Origin: Octopus sinensis | Taxonomy: Eukaryota | Assembly: GCF_006345805.1 (NCBI RefSeq) | Contig: NW_021836294.1 | Location: 11,208-75,207 of the forward strand | Length of the DNA stretch: 64,000 nt | Direction: 5' to 3' | Shown: positions 62,329 to 64,000 of the stretch, piece after piece | How the letters are laid out: each line of letters opens with the position of its first letter | Position numbering within the stretch: position 1 is the stretch's first letter | Program-made: the position numbers and the translations under genes | The notes under the pieces: model-generated | What the model was told of the DNA's origin: nothing | What the model saw: only the letters and a program-made list of their open reading frames with translations | The model's database searches: none

Positions 62329-64000
62329 TCGGCGGAGTTTGAACTCAGAACGTAAAGTCAGACGAAATACTCATTTCTTTACTACCCACAAGGGGATAAA
62401 CACAAAAGGGACAAACAAGGACAGACAAACGGATTAAGTCGATTATATCGACCCCAGTGCGTAACTAGTACTTAATTCATCGACCCCGAAAGGATGAAAG
62501 GCAAAGTCGACCTCGGTGGAATTTGAACTCAGAACGTAACGGCAGATGAAATACCGCTAAGCATTTCGCCCGGCGTGCTAACGGTTCTGCCAGCTCGCCG
62601 TGCAACTAATACTGATTCTGTTACACACAACGAATTTTTATTGAAACGGCCGCCTAATTGTAACGTCAGTGACTTTTCCATTACTGCTTTTCTTTATCAG
62701 AAGTGACTGATTCCGTCTTAGCATGCTGTCATCAGAAGATACTTGCTACTGACGAAAATCAAAGAAGAAATGTACATTTCACAATGCCGCCACAGGACGA
62801 TTTTAATCTACTACTTCTATACTTTTGAGTTATTTAGCATTGTATGTTACATAAGAGATACTACCTCGAGACGAATACCGTTGTTAATTTAGGCTTTGTA
62901 TGATGTATCTGCTTTAAGTAACCATCACCGATTGCTCTGTAAATAAGCTTTTGAAATCTGGGTAGAAGTGTGGCTGGTTTTTAAGTAGGCGACCCTAAAG
63001 ATTCACTCTCTCTTTGTATTTTAAAAACGTGTTCACATCTGTACGGCAGCTGATCTCTAAAATACTGCAGAGGAATAAGTGTATCTGCGTGCAAGTGTAT
63101 ACGCATGTATGTATGTATGTATGTATGTATGTATGTATGTATGTATGTATGTATGTATGTATGTATGTATGTATGTATGTATGTATGTATGTATGTATGT
63201 ATGTATGTATGTATGTGTATGTATGTATGTATGTATGTATGTATGTATGTATGTATGTATGTATGTATGTATGTAGTATTATGTATGTATGTAGTATGTA
63301 TGTATGATGTATGTCTGTATGTATGTATGTATGTATGTATGTTATGTATGTATGTATGTATGTATGTATGTATGTATGTATGTATGTATGTATGTATGTA
63401 TGATGTATGTATGTATGTATGTATGTATGTATGTATGTATGTATGTATGTATGTATGTATGTATGTATGTATGTATGTATGTATGTATGTATGTATGTAT
63501 GTATGTATGTATGTATGTATGTATGTATGTATGTATGTATGTATGTATGTATGTATGTATGTATGTATGTATGTATGTATGTATGTAGTATGTATGTATG
63601 TATGTATGTATGTATGTATGTATGTATGTATGTATGTAGGTATGTATGTATGTATGTATGTATGTATGAGTATGTATGTATGTAGTATGTATGTATGTAT
63701 GATGTATGTATGTATGTATGTATGTATGTATGTATGTATGTATGTTGTATGTAGTATGTAGTATGTATGTATGTATGTATGTATGTATGTATGTATGTAT
63801 GTATGTATGTATGTATTATGTATGTATGTATGTATGTATGTATGTATGTATGTATGTATGTATTATGTTGCGTGTATGTATGTATGTATTATGGTTGCGT
63901 GTGTGTATGTATATATATGTTTGTGTGTATATATACATATATCTTAATACATGCACATATAATTGTATCTGCGTGCATATGTATACCTATGTATGTATTT
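62328..64000 (+). repeat. Local segmental duplication of about 57520-58890
   Basis: Same SINE B variants (cggagtttg, cgtaaagtcag, aatactcatttc), same unique flank and (TATG)n tract, in the same order. Confidence 0.9.

Noticed and set aside
58357-63761. MYVC / HTYI repeat proteins
   Set aside because: (TATG)n microsatellite.

Overview
Eukaryotic, repeat-saturated intergenic or intronic DNA. The tRNA-derived SINE families and microsatellite load point to an octopus (cephalopod) genome; this is inferred from sequence recognition, not from a search. I found no convincing host protein-coding exon, and almost all long ORFs in the track are translations of microsatellites. The window holds at least three tRNA-derived SINE families, one of which forms head+(body)n arrays up to ~5.2 kb. 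It also holds relics of Tx1/L1-like, RTE, R4/Dong-like and Penelope-like retroelements, several hammerhead-ribozyme motifs, non-autonomous Helitrons, and GG-terminal, hAT-like and pogo/mariner-like MITEs. The most notable object is a TSD-flanked 1.8-kb ORF1-only (gag-like CCHC) non-LTR retroelement at 39825-41646. It lacks reverse transcriptase and shares a ~45-nt 3' tail with both the local Tx1-like LINE and the array-forming SINE, which suggests a three-member LINE / half-LINE / SINE system.
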